IMG/VR virus record: IMGVR_UViG_3300044266_000147
Span: 1 to 35,333 of that record
Source: a virus
Lineage: Duplodnaviria; Caudoviricetes
Length of the DNA stretch: 35,333 bases
Direction: 5' to 3' (one strand)
Part shown: piece after piece, positions 34,418 to 35,333 of the stretch
Layout of the letters: every line of letters begins with the position of its first letter
Numbering within the stretch: position 1 is the stretch's first letter
Made by a program: the position numbers and the translations under genes
The notes under the pieces: generated by a model
What the model was told of the DNA's origin: nothing
What the model saw: the letters and a program-made list of their open reading frames with translations, nothing else
The model's database searches: none

Positions 34418-34754
34418 TAATTTTTTTAATTTTATTTTGAATAGCATTGAGATTAGTAGATATTTTATCTAAATCATTTTTAGCATCATAACTACTATCT
34501 GCAATACCATAGACTATTCCAGTTTCATTGTCAACTTTGATAATCTTCTTTTGAATCAAAAGTTGTAGCATTTGTTTAGATCCATGAACCTGTTCTTGCC
34601 ACATAAGTTCTGAAAATTCTTTTTTAAAGTCCGTCTTTATCATAAAAAGATTATTTCCATCTCTTACACCTTTATGATATCGATATTCAGCCCAAACACC
34701 AGACAGAATAAAAACAAAAACATAAAGAATCAAAGTATAATGATAAGGTTCCAT
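34413..34754 (-). CDS. Hypothetical protein with N-terminal membrane anchor
   Basis: Likely start ATG 34754 (SD AAGGA, TAATG coupling); hydrophobic stretch LILYVFVFILSGVW. Confidence 0.65.
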   Translation of the reverse strand: MEPYHYTLILYVFVFILSGVWAEYRYHKGVRDGNNLFMIKTDFKKEFSELMWQEQVHGSKQMLQLLIQKKIIKVDNETGIVYGIADSSYDAKNDLDKISTNLNAIQNKIKKIT

Positions 34755-34948
34755 TAAATTTCCTTTTTCATAAAAAAGTTCACGACCATATCCCAAGTGA
34801 TATATTTTTCAAATAATCCAAGGGTGGATATAGTTATACCTAAAATAGCAGATAAAACACCAATTACATTCATGCCTATAGAATTATGATACAATGATAC
34901 GAATCCTAGTAATATTAAAACAATAAAAAGTATTTTATATTTTATCAT
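34754..34948 (-). CDS. Small two-TM membrane protein
   Basis: 64 aa with two hydrophobic segments; SD AGGAG. Confidence 0.65.
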   Translation of the reverse strand: MIKYKILFIVLILLGFVSLYHNSIGMNVIGVLSAILGITISTLGLFEKYITWDMVVNFFMKKEI

Positions 34949-34960
34949 TTGTATTATCTC

Positions 34961-35281
34961 CTATAGCATTTCTTCTAATCTAGTATTCTTTGGTTTTTCT
35001 GGTTTAGATAAATCTCCCCAATATGATGTTGAATAAGCGTTGAGATATTTTTTTAAACGTAGTTCTCCACCACCATCTAACCAAGGTTCAATAACATTTG
35101 AATAAAATGAATGTTCGTATGGTATATATCCATACCCCTTACATTTTCTTTTACCGCTATCAGTTACATACAAATTGTATGTAGAATTGGCTGTATCTTT
35201 TTCTTCACCATTTTGAATTTCATACCATGAACATTCAATGGTCGCTATCCATTTCCATTTGAAATCAAACCAACCAAACAT
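34961..35281 (-). CDS. Hypothetical protein
   Basis: Likely start ATG 35281 (SD GGAG, TAATG overlap with the upstream stop); 106 aa. Confidence 0.65.
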   Translation of the reverse strand: MFGWFDFKWKWIATIECSWYEIQNGEEKDTANSTYNLYVTDSGKRKCKGYGYIPYEHSFYSNVIEPWLDGGGELRLKKYLNAYSTSYWGDLSKPEKPKNTRLEEML

Positions 35282-35333
35282 TAGAAATCTCCAAGTTGAA
35301 CTTGCAGACAACGAAGACCACTATTTCTCCACA
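35281..35333 (-). CDS. 3' end of a PseT-like HAD-family 3'-phosphatase / polynucleotide kinase gene (partial)
   Basis: The last codons read WRNSGLRCLQVQLGDF-stop, matching the characteristic WRxxGxxCxQVxxGDF C-terminus of T4 PseT-like proteins. Only 16 codons are visible. Confidence 0.7.
   Translation of the reverse strand, partial: WRNSGLRCLQVQLGDF

Noticed and set aside
34754-34948. Holin
   Set aside because: Two TM segments fit, but no endolysin or spanin is nearby and it is not in a lysis context, so support is insufficient.
1-35333. CRISPR array, diversity-generating retroelement, or stop-codon reassignment
   Set aside because: I saw no regularly spaced DNA repeats, no reverse transcriptase and no adenine-specific TR/VR pair. 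Conserved genes are full length in the standard code, and TAG and TGA both act as stops.

Overview
AT-rich segment of a large T4-like myophage genome (standard genetic code). A minus-strand late block (1-25418) holds several tail-fibre-like and structural genes, a 2258-aa VrlC-like baseplate/fibre protein with an internal Hint domain, wedge genes gp8/gp7/gp6/gp25, a gp5 hub apparently split across separate genes, a gp27-like hub, gp53 and gp48. A plus-strand block (25470-31738) holds gp4, gp2, gp54, gp26, an unannotated gp51 probably reached by a -1 frameshift, and a 1239-aa tape-measure-position protein with about five different cell-wall hydrolase modules. A final minus-strand block holds gp32, gp59, gp33, speD, small membrane proteins and the 3' end of a PseT-like gene. 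The most unusual element is a circularly permuted, two-piece, alphaproteobacterial-type tmRNA gene (about 33973-34404, minus strand). Its 190-nt intervening segment is almost entirely filled by a 55-codon ORF for a basic protein, whose RBS can base-pair with its own stop-codon region. Directly downstream, speD is preceded by a Met-Tyr-stop mini-ORF that carries the only strong Shine-Dalgarno. All family assignments come from motif recognition and synteny; no database search was run.
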